This document shows, piece by piece, positions 36,096 to 48,499 of a stretch of 64,000 nucleotides of DNA; position 1 is the first letter of the stretch; each line of letters opens with the position of its first letter. Where the stretch lies: NCBI GenBank assembly GCA_003971905.1, contig RSEE01000081.1:1-64000 (forward strand), written 5' to 3'. Both the position numbers and the translations under genes were made by a program. Below the pieces are notes generated by a model. That model did no database searches and had not been told where the DNA came from. It saw nothing but the letters and a program-made list of their open reading frames with translations. Source of the stretch: Moniliella sp. 'wahieum'. Its lineage: Eukaryota.

Positions 36096-36143
36096 GCCTC
36101 CTTTCAGCCGATGACGTCACCGCCGCGCGCCTATCCTTGTTGA

Positions 36144-38355
36144 ATGGGCTCGGCTCAACCCTTGGAAGTTGACCACCTTGACCCTTGAGCTTGACCAGAG
36201 CTTGGGCGGTAAGCATCCCAGTAGCCCACCAACATATCCCCCGTGGCATGGTCCTCGACATCCTTGCCACGGTTCCGTTGGAGGTGGCCATCAAAATCCT
36301 CAATTGCGGCGTTTTGGACGTGCCCAGTGTGCTGGGACTCGCGCTGGTGTGCAAGCGCTGGCGCGATGTTGTCCACCACGAGACCCTCTGGAGCATGTGG
36401 GCCTGGCGCACAGGACTGGTCCCGCTCCACGTCCACCCCACTCCTACTGATGCTCGTACCAGTCTTCTCCAGATCGCTGCCGAGCACACTTTGGGATCGG
36501 AGAAAGAGCGTTCACAAGTGATATCGTCGGGATCGTGGCGCGGTTGGTTCTAGCTGTCCATGCGATTTCTGCTCAGCAAGGATACGACCTCAACATTGGG
36601 TGGAGGGCGATGCCGCGCGGGACAGTGATTCAAGTTCTCGCGCCTCTCAATTTGAAGCAAATTGAGATGGATCCAGAGACATCGAATCTCATCCCGCGGC
36701 CGGGGTTACATTTGGCCCTGACAGAGAAACGCCATTCCCTATACTAAACTCTGACTTCGTCATCTTTCCCGGCAACGTGGGTCTATTTTGCGTCCAAAGG
36801 AATGAGTTTCGTAAGGGAGGGTCGGCGTGGTTACTTTGGACCTCGTCTCTGAAGAAATCTGTTTTTCTCTTCGCGAGAGGACATGTTTTTGAGTCATTTG
36901 CCCACGACCCTTTACGTCCCGACATTGTCCTGGTTCAAGCAGTATTTCCTAGTAGATGCCCACCCTTCTCGCAAATTGACGTGCTGCAGGCTGGCTGGAT
37001 CAACTCACCTTCATCCTCTCCCCGAGGCAGTCTGCAAACCATTACTAGGCTCGATGCTCAAGGTACATTCATTGCCCGTGGTGTAGAGGAGTATGATGTC
37101 ATCCGCCTCGTTTACCCTTATGTTGCAGGCTTTACCTGTTTAGAGCCTAAAGCACTCGCAATATGGGATATGACATACTGTATGTTCATCTCCCCTTCTG
37201 ATGGTAGCTTGATATTTACCGTATGAGTGTCAGGCACTATTCAGAAAGCGATTGACCTCGGGCCATTCTTTGCCGGATGGGGCGGGGCTTCGTTGGATGA
37301 CCTTGGAGCACAGTGCGTAACTCCCTCACGAGGCGACAGCAATGCTTTTTACCTGTGACCTGAACTTGGAGTACGTGACTGACCTGCCAATACGCCTGCA
37401 GCGATAGAATCGACTTATCATTGATATCGCCACCAACAGCATCTACTTTGTCGTGCTGTTTCGGGATGCAGTGTGCATTCAGCGCATCCCTCTTGATTTG
37501 GACCGTGCTGGCATAGAAATGACACGCACGAAGGCGGTCCTGTTAGGCCCCCCAAAGACGGGAATCCGCAGCATCGCGTTTTTCCGCGCTTGGGCAGTTC
37601 TTTCCTTACGAATGTCTTCGTGTCACTCATCCTTCCCAAACGGCTTCCGACGCTGGTGTTGTTGAGGAGGGGCCTCCGATTGACGTGCGTATATCCTGTT
37701 TGGTCTCCTCAAATTCTGAGGGACCCAGTTTACTGATTTGATGAGTGGATACAGCCACGCAGGTGCCCTGCTTTCTTCGGCATGCAGGTCATACAGCAGG
37801 ACACGTCCACCGGCATGCTCGTCATCATATTGGAAGAGCAATTACTACTGGTTCCCATCCCATGGCTACTGGATCGTACAGAATATGTTGGCCCAGTTCC
37901 TCAATATGACTTGCCAGCGCCTCAAGAACCGATTCTACTGGACCTCAACGGCTTTCCGGGATGGTGGGATGTCCCTCAAAAGGATTTCTTGGAATCCAGA
38001 CGTGGCCATATTTCGGTTCATGGCGGAAGATGCTTTGGGGCCCCAATACGTTGATCGATTATGCCTGCCGATGCCACAGGTATCTTGGTCGACTTTCTCA
38101 ATGTGGGTAACGAATGGGCAGCGAATTGCCAATGGCAACATTGGATTCCCTTGTGCTCCACCTGACACACCAACACAGCATCGTCCGCACATTGGCATTC
38201 AACTCTATTCCTTCCGATGCGTTCAATTTAGCGGCGCAAGCGCCTTCGTGGTTTGCACTGCTGACAGACCATCCTACGACGACCAAGACGATTCTGATGA
38301 CGATCCGTATCGATTGAGCTGGGACGTGGATTCCGGCAAGAAATCAGTATGCTGA
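36144..38355 (+). CDS. F-box protein with a divergent C-terminal region (multi-exon; may be degenerate)
   Basis: F-box consensus DILATVPLEVAIKILNC..LDVPSVLGLALVCKRWRDVVHHETLW. Downstream exons only loosely traceable. Confidence 0.7.
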
Positions 38356-39028
38356 AACGCTGCCTTCTCCAGACGCTATTTCCTCCGCCGTGCAGGGGAC
38401 TACCTACCTCCTTCGCATTGACTTTGATGCGTCGTATCGCCTGGCTCGCACAACCGCCCATACCACCGCCTCTATCCTTGGCGTCTGGGGCCAGCGCGAC
38501 CTGTATTCTTCGGTGTATTCCTGATGTTGGTGTGACATGATGGGAATACTACGCTCATGTAGCACACGTGCACGCAGTCTACAGTGCCCCACGAAATAGT
38601 AGCAGTGCTGCTATGATATTGTATCCGCTTGGCTCTGGCGCACACGCCGGAGAAGCATGTTGTGCTGCTCTGGTTGCATCGGTTCATCGACGCGGAGACC
38701 ACACACGAAAAGGGCAGGAGGTGGCCTGAAGGCGGGCGTGACCTGGCGTATGTATACTTGGGCACACTCGGCGTCGCTAGAGTGCAGCGTGAATCTTCAG
38801 GTGAAGCTTGGGGTGACCGGTGAGGCTCGGGTGGGTGAGGTCATGTGACCTCCCCGATGCTCCCCGCCACCAAGGCCCCCGCTGGCCATTGCACCGAACC
38901 CCCATGTGTGCGGCCGGCTGAGATGCGCCGCGGTGGTTGGCCAGACGACGCGACAGCCTGGGCGGCTCCCACCACCACCACCTCCTCCTCCTCCACTACT
39001 CCTCCCTTGTCCAATTGGCGCGGCGGCC

Positions 39029-40131
39029 ATGGCGAACGCGACGGTGCGCGATGCCAAGTGGGTGCACAGCACCAACCCGCAGTTTCTGGTGGACCAAGTG
39101 CTGCGGACACGCATCTACGACAGTCGGTATTGGAAAGAGCAGTGTTTTGCATGAATGCAGCGTCGCTGTTGGACCGTGCGTGGAGGTGCAGGCTGTGGGC
39201 GGTACGGTGGGCGCAAGGCAAAAGCCCACGCCATTCTTGGCGTTGACACTCAAGTTGCTCCAGATCCAGCCGCAACGGGAAATCGTGCTGGAGTACTTGG
39301 CTGCCTCGTTCAAGTACCTCCAAGCCCTTGCTGCGTTCTACATTCGTCTCACTTTTTCCGCAGTGGACATTTACGAGCTGCTGGAACCGCTGTTGGAGGA
39401 TTACCGTAAACTGCGGTATGCCCAACCGAGTATGTCATCTAAATCGTCTTTGCTCTCCCTCTCATTGTCCCCCTTGTGCTGCCGCGGGACTCAACCCACT
39501 GACCCAACCGTCTGATTGACTTGCCCTTGCAGGCGGGGAGTTTCGCCTGACGCACATGGACATTTGTGGATGAGTTGTTGACGAGGCAAGGGTGTGCGAT
39601 GTGACGTTGCCGCGCCTGGCCAAGCGAGCGGTGGTAGAGGCCAACGAGGGGTTGCCACCGCGCGTGTCGCCGTTGGAGGATGCGCTGTTAGCCGGGACCG
39701 GCAGCGGGGAGGATTCAGATGACTCGACGCCGGAGCGGCAAGCGCGCAAGCAGAAGTTGCGCCATGCCAAGCTGCTCCGCCAAGAGCGCGAGCGACAAAT
39801 GGCGTTGCGCACGCACCACCCTGCCTCGCCACACGAGCAAGAGGAAGAAGAGATCGATTACCCTTCCCAAGAACTCTCTTCGGCCGACGACAACGACAAT
39901 GACGCCGACGACGTCGGCTACATCTCCCGCAGCCCCAGTCGGAGTGTCAGCCCGGACCGGCGCCCATCGGGGGCGAACCGAGCCAAGTCGCGAACCCAGT
40001 CTCCCTCTCCCTCCCCTCCCCGTTCTCCCGATGCGATGAGCTACCAGTCTCGCTCTCCCTCTCGCTCACCCGACCGGGCTTTGTCTCCCGGCTATCAATC
40101 TCGCTCTCCTTCCCGGTCGCCGGGGAGGTAA
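39029..40131 (+). CDS. PRP38: Pre-mRNA splicing factor Prp38; intron ~39416-39532; RS-rich tail
   Basis: MANATVRDAKWVHSTNPQFLVDQVLRTRIYDSRYWKEQCFA, KPTPFLALTLKLLQIQP, FKYLQALAAFYIRL, LEPLLEDYRKLR, VCDVTLPRL. Confidence 0.95.
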
Positions 40132-40419
40132 CGGCTCAAGGCTCAAGGCTCAAGGCTCGAGGTGGTGGTCTGGTTGGTCCAATGGGATTGGGTCAGACAA
40201 AAAAAGTCAAATGGATTGAACGTGCGTGTCATGGAGAGAAAAGATGATGCGGCCCCGCTCGAGAATGGGGGAGGGGGGGGGCAAGGGAACAAAACAAAAC
40301 AAAACCAAAACCAAAAGATGTATGAGGTCCACGGGGAGAAAGCGGAAGAAGAGGGAAAGCAGAATGGGTAGAATCGATGCTATTCAATATTATTCAGGAT
40401 AAGTACGGGGACTGACCAC

Positions 40420-42885
40420 AGCCACAACCGGTGTCGTGGGGGCACTCGCCCTTGGCTAGTCGATGAGCGCGTGCGCGGGCCCAGGAACGTGACTCTTCTG
40501 CCCGCACGCGCCTACGGACCGAGGCAAGCATGCGCGGTGTCTCGCCATACAGCAGCTCGTAGTCGCATAAAACACACCCACTCGTCCGGAAACAAAGCGT
40601 TGGACGTGCTGGGGTGGTCGAGGCACCCAGGGGGAATCGCACTGCCCGTCTGGTGGGGAGAAGGAGAGGTGGCCCCCTTGGTTTCTCTGCTGCCACCCCT
40701 TGGCGCCCAATTGGACCGGTGGTGCACATTGTTCATCGTTGCCTTTGCACGGCGCGATATCTTTTGGGTTTGGATTTGGATTTGCGTCCCGCCGGGTCGG
40801 GTGAGGGTTGGCTCTTGCACCTGGGGTAGGTGGGGGGGTTGGTCCTGCCCTGGGCGCACCACGCTCGGTATGGGAAGGAGTAGGTCGTCGGCTCGATGCC
40901 GCAGGGAGCGACGACTCAAACGGGCTGGACTCAGCCACCTCCTCCAACGACTCGACCAATCCTGATTCCTCCTTCTCCTCCTTCTCCTCCTTCTCCATCT
41001 TCTCTTGTGTCATCCTTCTCCTTCCTATCCTTCGTGTTCACCTCTGCCTCTTCCTTGCTTATTGCAGGCGGCACCGCCACCGGCACCTCATCACTCTCCC
41101 CTCTCTCCCCCATTCTTCTCCGCGTCCGTTCGCGCCCCCCATGTCCGTGCACCGTGGCCCTGGCGTCGTACTGGCCCGACGGGGACCAGAAGCGGGCAAC
41201 GTACGTCCGATTCCGATCGGGGGCGCGAGGGGCGATGCAGCGGGCTGCACTGGTGCCGGGACTGGTGCAGGTGCTTCGGCACGTGGCAGCAGAGCCGGTC
41301 GGAGCGCCGCTTGGGCCGCCTTGATCGCCCCGAGCGCAGTCTGGATCCAGTGGACCGTGGGTGTACCGAGGCCGGTGGGAGTGGGGTCTTCAGGGCGGGC
41401 GGCGCGGGCGCGGGCCAGTTGTCGCTCGGCAGCCAAAATGGCCGATAGGCAGGGACCGAGGTGGTGTAGCCACCGAGGAGCGCCTGTGGTGGGGTCCAGC
41501 GGACGAGCGGGCGCAAGTCGGGGCAAAATAGGCCAATTGAGGTACCTTGGTCGGAGGCATGAGCGGGGGGAAAGTAAATCGACGAGGGGAGCTTGAAAAA
41601 GAGCGAGACGTCAATGGTAGGACCAGCCAATTGAGAGCTTGGATGGGCGGCCGAGGCAAGGGAGCAGCGGAAGAAGCGATAGGCCAGGTGATCAGTGGGG
41701 GGTGCCACTGAAATGGCTTGGTTTGTGATCCCGGAGACGGAGACAGAGGCCGAGGCCGAGGCCGAGGCCGGGAGAGGCGATCGTCGTCTTTGGACTCTTG
41801 AACGCGGGCACGCAGTTGGGCGAGGGAGGGACGGGGAGCACGAGGCTTGTTGTGGGCCTGGGCCTTGGCTTTCTTTTCAGCTTGGACAACTTTTTCTTCT
41901 TGGCCGGCTGGGGAACCGGGACGCGGGCCGTCAAACCAGGCAACCTGTTTCCCGTGGATCGAACCATGCCGTCCCATCGGGGCGCACGGGGGGTCAAGAA
42001 CGTAATGAAAGGGAGGTGTAGAGGAAATGCGAGGGTGGGGGAAGATATTCCAGTCGGTCTCGGTCTGGTCGTATTCGGAAGGGGAGGGTGGAGGGCTCGG
42101 AGGCGCGCCAGATAGGCGGTGCGGATGAGACGAGTCACGTTCCCGAGAGAGTGGGGGACGCGAGAAGGAGGTTCATGGTCCAGCTGGGTGGGGCGCACAA
42201 GGAACAAGTTGGACACAGCTTGGTAGCGGGCCGCACTAATGTGTTTGTTTGGCGGGTTGGCCACTGAGGAGGTAGAGGCAGCATCCGAGAAGCAACCGGT
42301 GCCTTCTTCAGACTTGGGCCGGACAGACTTGCGTTTTTTGTTGTTTCCGGGACACCCGGACCAAGGGGTTAGCTCGGATGCATACTCATCATCGTATGTC
42401 TCCCCGTCCCCATTACCCGCTTCCTCCTCCTCTTCTTCGTCTTCCCCGTCTTCCCCGTCCTCGTCTTCCTCTTCCTCTTCCTCCCCCTCCTCTTCTTCTT
42501 CCGCTACGTCCCCTTCCTCGCCCTGTCCCCTTTCTCCTCACTAGTGTCGGGAACTGTGAGCTGAGAAGGGTGCGTGGGCCAAGCGGGGAGGCGAGGAGAA
42601 GCGATGTAGAGGAGGAAGAGAAAGGAAAGGGTGGCCAGGCGTGGTCCCCAGATGCCGAGAAGAGGGAAGGAGGATCAAACTGTGGGACGGGTGGGGGGCC
42701 TGCTGATCCCAAAGGGACAGGCCGTGCTGGTCGTGCCAGGCAGACTGGGTGCCGGTGCCGGGATGAACGGCAGGGATGGTGAAGGGGCAGGGACTGGGGC
42801 TGGTACGGGATGGGGGCGCGGCGCTGGCCAAGAAGGCTTCGCTATGCTGGCGGATGGAGTCGACAGCCGAGCGGAGGCGGGCCAT
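40420..42885 (-). CDS. Hypothetical protein with acidic tracts and a basic, NLS-like segment
   Basis: ORF chain from MARLRSAVDSIRQHSEAFL through an E/D-rich tract, ANPPNKHISAARYQAVSNLFLVRP and KKKKLSKLKRK. No domain recognised. Confidence 0.4.
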
Positions 42886-44538
42886 GGTGGGTAGGGGGCT
42901 GGAGGGGAGGGTTAACAGGGGGGTATGTGTGGCGAGCGGGGCTTCGGAGATAACAGCGGAGGAGGACGGAAAAGAAGATGGAGACGGAGATGGAGATGAA
43001 GATGGAAAAGGAGAAAGAGAAGAAAACGAAGGCGAGGGCGCAGGAGGGCCCGAAAGGCAAGCTGAAAGTGCGGTGGCCGTCTGTTCGGATGCGTCGAGGA
43101 GGGCGGCAGAGGGTGGCGCAGGTCGCAGAGCAGCGCTGGGCGGCAGATGAGACGGGGCTGGCAGCGGCGCGCGCAGCAGGAGGTCAGCATGGGGAGGATG
43201 CGGCGGGCGGGAGAGCGGGTGGGGGTCGTCGGGATCGTCGGGATCGGGATCAGGGTCGGGGAGGGTGGTGGTGGTGTTGTGGGTGAGGCAGGACAGGTCG
43301 GCGCTGGCGGTGGTGGAGTGGCTGGACTGGCGGTGTGGGAGGGGGGGGGAGAGGGAGGCGGTGCTGGAGGCCGAGGCGGGCAGCGGGGGGGGCGGGCGCG
43401 GCGGGCGGAGGGCGAGCGGGAACGGTGGGGCAGCGCCTGGGGAGCACAGCAGACAAGCAGGGAAGAGGTCAGGTCAGGTCACGCAGGCATCCTGGCTGCC
43501 TCTGCGCCGCTATGCGCATCAGCACATGGCTGCGCCCCGGCTGCACTCACCTTGATGGCGCGCTCGGCCAGCGGGAGGGCGCACATGGGGTGAGGGGGGG
43601 AGATGGAGGGGGAGGGGGAGGGGGAGATGGAGGTGGAAGTGGAAGTGGAGGTGGGAGTGGAGGTGAGGGGGCCGCGGGCAGAGGAGGCGGCCTGAGCGGT
43701 GCGGCTGAAGCTGGCGGCAGTGCTGGCTGGTGCCGGCGACCTGCTGAAACATGCTGCTCCACAGCCCACCGCCGCGCACACCCATTCCGCCCGCCGACCC
43801 CGCCTTTCGCCCGCCGCCACTCCGCCCGCCCACGTGCAATTTCAACTCCCCCCCGGCCGCCCAGCGCATCGATCGGGCCGCAGCCTGCCCGCCGCACCGC
43901 GCCCGTGTCGATCGGACGGCCAGCCACGCGCACGGCGCGTGTGTGCCCCACGCCACAGCCGCCGTGCAGGCGCATCGGACATGTGCACAGGGGCTGTGTA
44001 CCTGCTCCTGGCGGGCCTGCCTTCGCCAGTGACCGGGTGGCGGTGTGTCACAAGTCACGCGCTACGCACCACGCTGCGCGTGCAGGCCAGCTGCCGGCCG
44101 CATGCATCCCTGCACCACGCCGCCCGCACATTGAGATCTGAGATCGGGCACGTGTGATGCATGATGCATGATGCATGATGCATGATCGCTGCCTCATCGA
44201 TCGCTCGATCACCCGATCACTAGCACTTCCTCCCGAGCGCCGAGCGCCGAGTGTCCACCACGCAAGCCAGCCAGCCAGCCAGCAGCCCCAAAGCCACACT
44301 GGCACGCTGCCTCGCCATCGGCGCTCGTCCCGCCTTCCTCCGCCCTCAGCCGCCGCCTTCCCCGGCGGCCCCCCCACACCACCACTCGGCTGCCCAGCGC
44401 ACTGCTGCTGCTGCCGCTGCTGCTGCTGCTGCCACCCGCCTCCTCGCGTCCCGCCCCGTCCCCGCGCGCAGGCCGTCCCCGCTCTTGTGTGCGTCTGTTG
44501 TGCCTGCGCCGTCCGTCCGTCCGTCCGTCCGCTCTGCC

Positions 44539-45381
44539 ATGCCCCTCTGCGCCTTCGCTACATTGATGCCGCCGAGGCCGCCGCCATCGACGCTGCGCTC
44601 CTGTCCCCTGCCAACGGCTTCAGCCTAGCAGCTCATGGAGCTCGCTGGCTGGCGTGCGCCCAAACTGTGCTCGAGTGCTACCCCCCTACGCCTTCACGTC
44701 CATTCTCGTCGCTGCCGGTCCTGGCAACCAGGGCGGGATGGGCTGGTGGCTGCGCGCCATCTCCACCACTTTGGGTACGATGTGCAGGTGTGGGTGTCCG
44801 CATCCGAAGCAGGGCCGCTGTTTGAGCGTCTTTTGCCCAGCTGCGTGCGCTCCACATCCCCCTCCTCTCGCTCGACGACTTTGAAGATGCGTACATGCAA
44901 TGCGACGTGGTCCTCGATGCCATCTTTGGCTTTTCCTTCCAGGGGCCTGTGCGCGAGGGCGCGTTTAAGGATGCGATTGATCTGCTCAAGAACGACTCGC
45001 TGATGGAATTTGAGTACCGTCGCAAACGGCCGCCGATTGTCTCGGTCGATATCCCGAGCGCATGGGACGTGGACAAGGGCAACATCCCACTCCTTTACCC
45101 CGCATGTCTTGCTCAGCCTCACGGCACCCAAGCGAGCCGCCGCTCACTTTACCGGCCAGCACTTTCTCGGCGGCCGCTTTGTGCCGGACGACCTGGACCG
45201 TACCCACAACCTCTTCCTCCCTGCCTTTCCCGGTGCCTCGCAGATTGTCGACATTACCGGCGCACGCGCCCTGGAAGAATCTGAGATTGCTGAATATGTG
45301 GAACAGCGGGACCGGGACCCGTCGTCGCCTTCGGCTGGCTCGGGGGGCTGCAGCGCACCGTCGCCAGTTGAATTGGCCTAA
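44539..45381 (+). CDS. NNR1: NAD(P)H-hydrate epimerase (YjeF_N family)
   Basis: [10 protein letters not shown]...[74 protein letters not shown]. Confidence 0.93.
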
Positions 45382-46239
45382 TCTGTGACGTTCTGGCCTC
45401 TTGGCATTTCGGTTTCTGTTACCACTTTCCTCGTTTCCCTTTGCAAACGGGTCGAGCAGCGTTGTTGGATTCTTTCCCCCTCCATTTTTATGTCCTTCAC
45501 ACAGCTCCTGCCTACCTCCCCTCCGAGCTCCACGCCCCCCTGCCATACCCCCCTCCTCCCCTCTCTCTCTCTGGCTGGCAGACCGTGGGCGTGAGCCGGC
45601 CGGGTTTCCTTCTTCTTTTCTCCTCTTCTTCTCTCCCGTCACCCATACATCCCGGCGCATCTCATGCTTGTGCTTACCTGTGGTACCTGTTCTGCTTATT
45701 TGGCTTTGCTGGTCCATGTCCCCAATTCATCTCGTCCCGTTGTCCCGTTGTCCCGTTTGATCCCCTTTTTGCCCTCATTTGTACGACCACGTTATCTCTC
45801 TCATACTATCCCGCCCGCCTCATCTATCCCCCAGACCCTCAGGATGAGCTGCCCCTTGTGTTGGTTGCCCTTCTGACGGTTGCCCGCGACACCTTGTATC
45901 ATCACACTGTGCATGATGGTCCCTCGTTCCCTCCACCGTCCCGCGTTCTTATATTCATACTGCCCCCTCGGGTTGCACGAACGACAAGACGTTGCATTCC
46001 CCGTCTCTTACTCACCTTCCTACCCCGCCAGAGGAGGAAACCAAGACAGACAGTCAGAGGCGCGCGGAGGGGAAGCAGGGCGGAGGCAGGGTTATCAGTT
46101 GGTTACCGGTTACCCCAGCGCCCCTACGGTCAGCTAATAATCAGATCTGAGCCTCAAATTCTACCCTTGGGCCTTGCTGGACTGCAACATTAACATTCAA
46201 CAATTCAACGCCCTACCCCGCCGCGCCAAAAAATCATAT

Positions 46240-46342
46240 CGACCTGTGAGATTCGAACTCACGCCCTCAGAGAGATTCGCTGGCCCTTGGAGCAAGGTGC
46301 TACACATAGCAGGCGAACGGGGTACCACTGCCCTAAAGTGTC
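46240..46342 (-). tRNA. tRNA-Ser(GCU) with 25-nt intron (46282-46306); 3' acceptor strand appears 2 nt short
   Basis: Anticodon stem TTCGC/GCGAA with CT-GCT-A loop, long variable arm, T-arm GTGAG-TTCGAAT-CTCAC, T6 terminator just downstream. Confidence 0.8.
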
Positions 46343-48499
46343 GCTTGGTCGCAGTTTTGCCGTACACCATAGACCAGCTCACCTACCATAAAGCACCTTC
46401 TCCTTACGATGCAATTGCGTTCCCATTGCGCACAGAGAAAGCCAGCCCGCCTCGCTACGTATCAAGGAAGTCCCAGAGGACCCACCACGCCGAATCTGCA
46501 TGTCTCTACATGTTGTTATCTCTCGCTACGCCTCCATCCTCCTCGCCTGCGGTTCGAGATCAGTGCGGCGTTTTGGCAGCGGTACACAGTACTACACACG
46601 CACCTCTCGCGGTGTGGTCCGCGGCTGAAATTGTACGTTCAACCGGGTCTTCAGGGTATCAGTCTGGTGGGAGAAGATCCGTATAATCACTGTACTGTGC
46701 CCATCGCCTCGACAGTATAGGTGCTTCGTATTGTTCCCGTCGGCGCGTCAGGCCGCAAAACAGGTCCTACGTTAGAGTCAGAGCGGGTCCCTCAATGCAA
46801 ACGGAACAGGCCACGAGGGGTTGGCCGGCGTTGTCTGCATCTCCTCAGGTCCTGATCCGGGCGCACGCGCAAGAGGCATGCATGCGGATGGCCGTCTGGG
46901 TTTCGATGGTACGGTGTCAAGTTGAGATGTTGAGGTACTTGACTCACGACTGTCTTCGTTCCTTCTGTCCTCGAGGACGGAGCATCAACACTCACACCCT
47001 GTAGCAAATTGCGTGGGACCGGGACATATAATAAGAGAGGAGAAAACGTGGGCCAGTAGGCAAACGATTGGACAGCGGGCTGTAGATATATAACTCGCGG
47101 TTCTTATGGATGTGGAACCCGTCAGGCGGGCCAAAGGCGGGGACCTCTCGATCATCGAGCATGCGTCTGTGCCTTTTCTTTCACCTGGGCAGATCCAGGC
47201 TCCGATCGAATCTTTTGACCACGGGTTTGCGCATCCGACGTTCGTGAATGGGTTGAAACGCATATGGGTCGCGCAGGAATCCCAGAGGAGGAGAAAGTAG
47301 GTGTAAGTGCAGGCGCTGGCAGGGCTACCCCGCCTCTCGAAAACGACAACTATGGACAGACCGTCAGTGGGACATGCGCATACGACGAGGAAGGGACTGT
47401 ATACTAAGGTCGGGCTACACGGGACACGACAACCACGGAGCAATGATTAATGGACTGTGAATGAGAAAAATGTATAAGCGATGGAATCGAGCACAGATGG
47501 CTAAGCAGCACAGAGGTGTTGTTGAGCCACCGCGGGTGGGTCGTGTGTTTTGGCCAACGTCCTTTCAGTCCCAGGCTTCTCAGGCTCAATTTCTAATAGA
47601 GTCCGTTGTTTCCCCTCCTGGTGTCTGTTTTCCTTTTGTTCCGCAGTCCAGCGCCTGCCAGTGGCGACTGGCTGCTTGATGTTCTCCTCTGTAGTAGGCG
47701 TTGCTGGCTGGCTTAAGTACACTGTGGCACCACCAGGGCAATTGTAAACCATCGATGACAGCTGTTTCTCTTGTGAGGAGGCCGGTGAGGGTTCTCGGAT
47801 AGTATAACAGGGACACACACAGCACTTCGGCTGAGGCTGAGGGCGAAGCAATGGAGGGGGAGATGAAGCTGAAGAGGGGAATGGAAACAGATGCGGTGGA
47901 ATGAAGCAAGTCGGCGAAGAGAAACTTAGCAATGCAATGTGCAGAGAAGTGGATACCTTTCTTGTCAACAAACCGCGCAGTAGGGCCCAAAAACGGGCGA
48001 GAGAAGAGACAAAAGATACGAGCCAGAGAGGTGGCAAAAAGGCCATCTGTGCGATCGAACAAGACCGCGCAGGCCAGATAGGGCGTCGGCATCTATCAAT
48101 GTCATGGACAATCATCGATCTTCGGGTATTTCTCACAGGCTAATCTTAATCAACTGATTGAAGCGCAAGTGGGGGCGAGGCAGGTGGAGGAGGCCCCAGT
48201 GGTCGGCAAACACAGGCGAGTCACGCGCCGGCGCCAAACGCCAAGACTCCAAAGCCACGCGCAGACGGCCGCTGTGGTGCGATTGCAAATCTTGCAGAAC
48301 ACACGCCGGGCCGGCAGTGTGTGCTGTGCCTGGTGTGCCGCCAATCTGACATGGCGCATCAGGACGGATGCATGATGCCTGGTGCATGATCGATGCATGA
48401 TCCCACGATGTGCCTGCCACGGCACAATTTTAGCGCTTCTTGCCACTTTGGCCCCAAGCCACCATCCCCACCTCCATCCCCCCCATCGCCCCCATCCGC

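Noticed and set aside
42900..44150. Long ORFs on both strands in a G-rich low-complexity stretch
   Set aside because: No recognisable domain, and long ORFs are expected by chance at this GC content.
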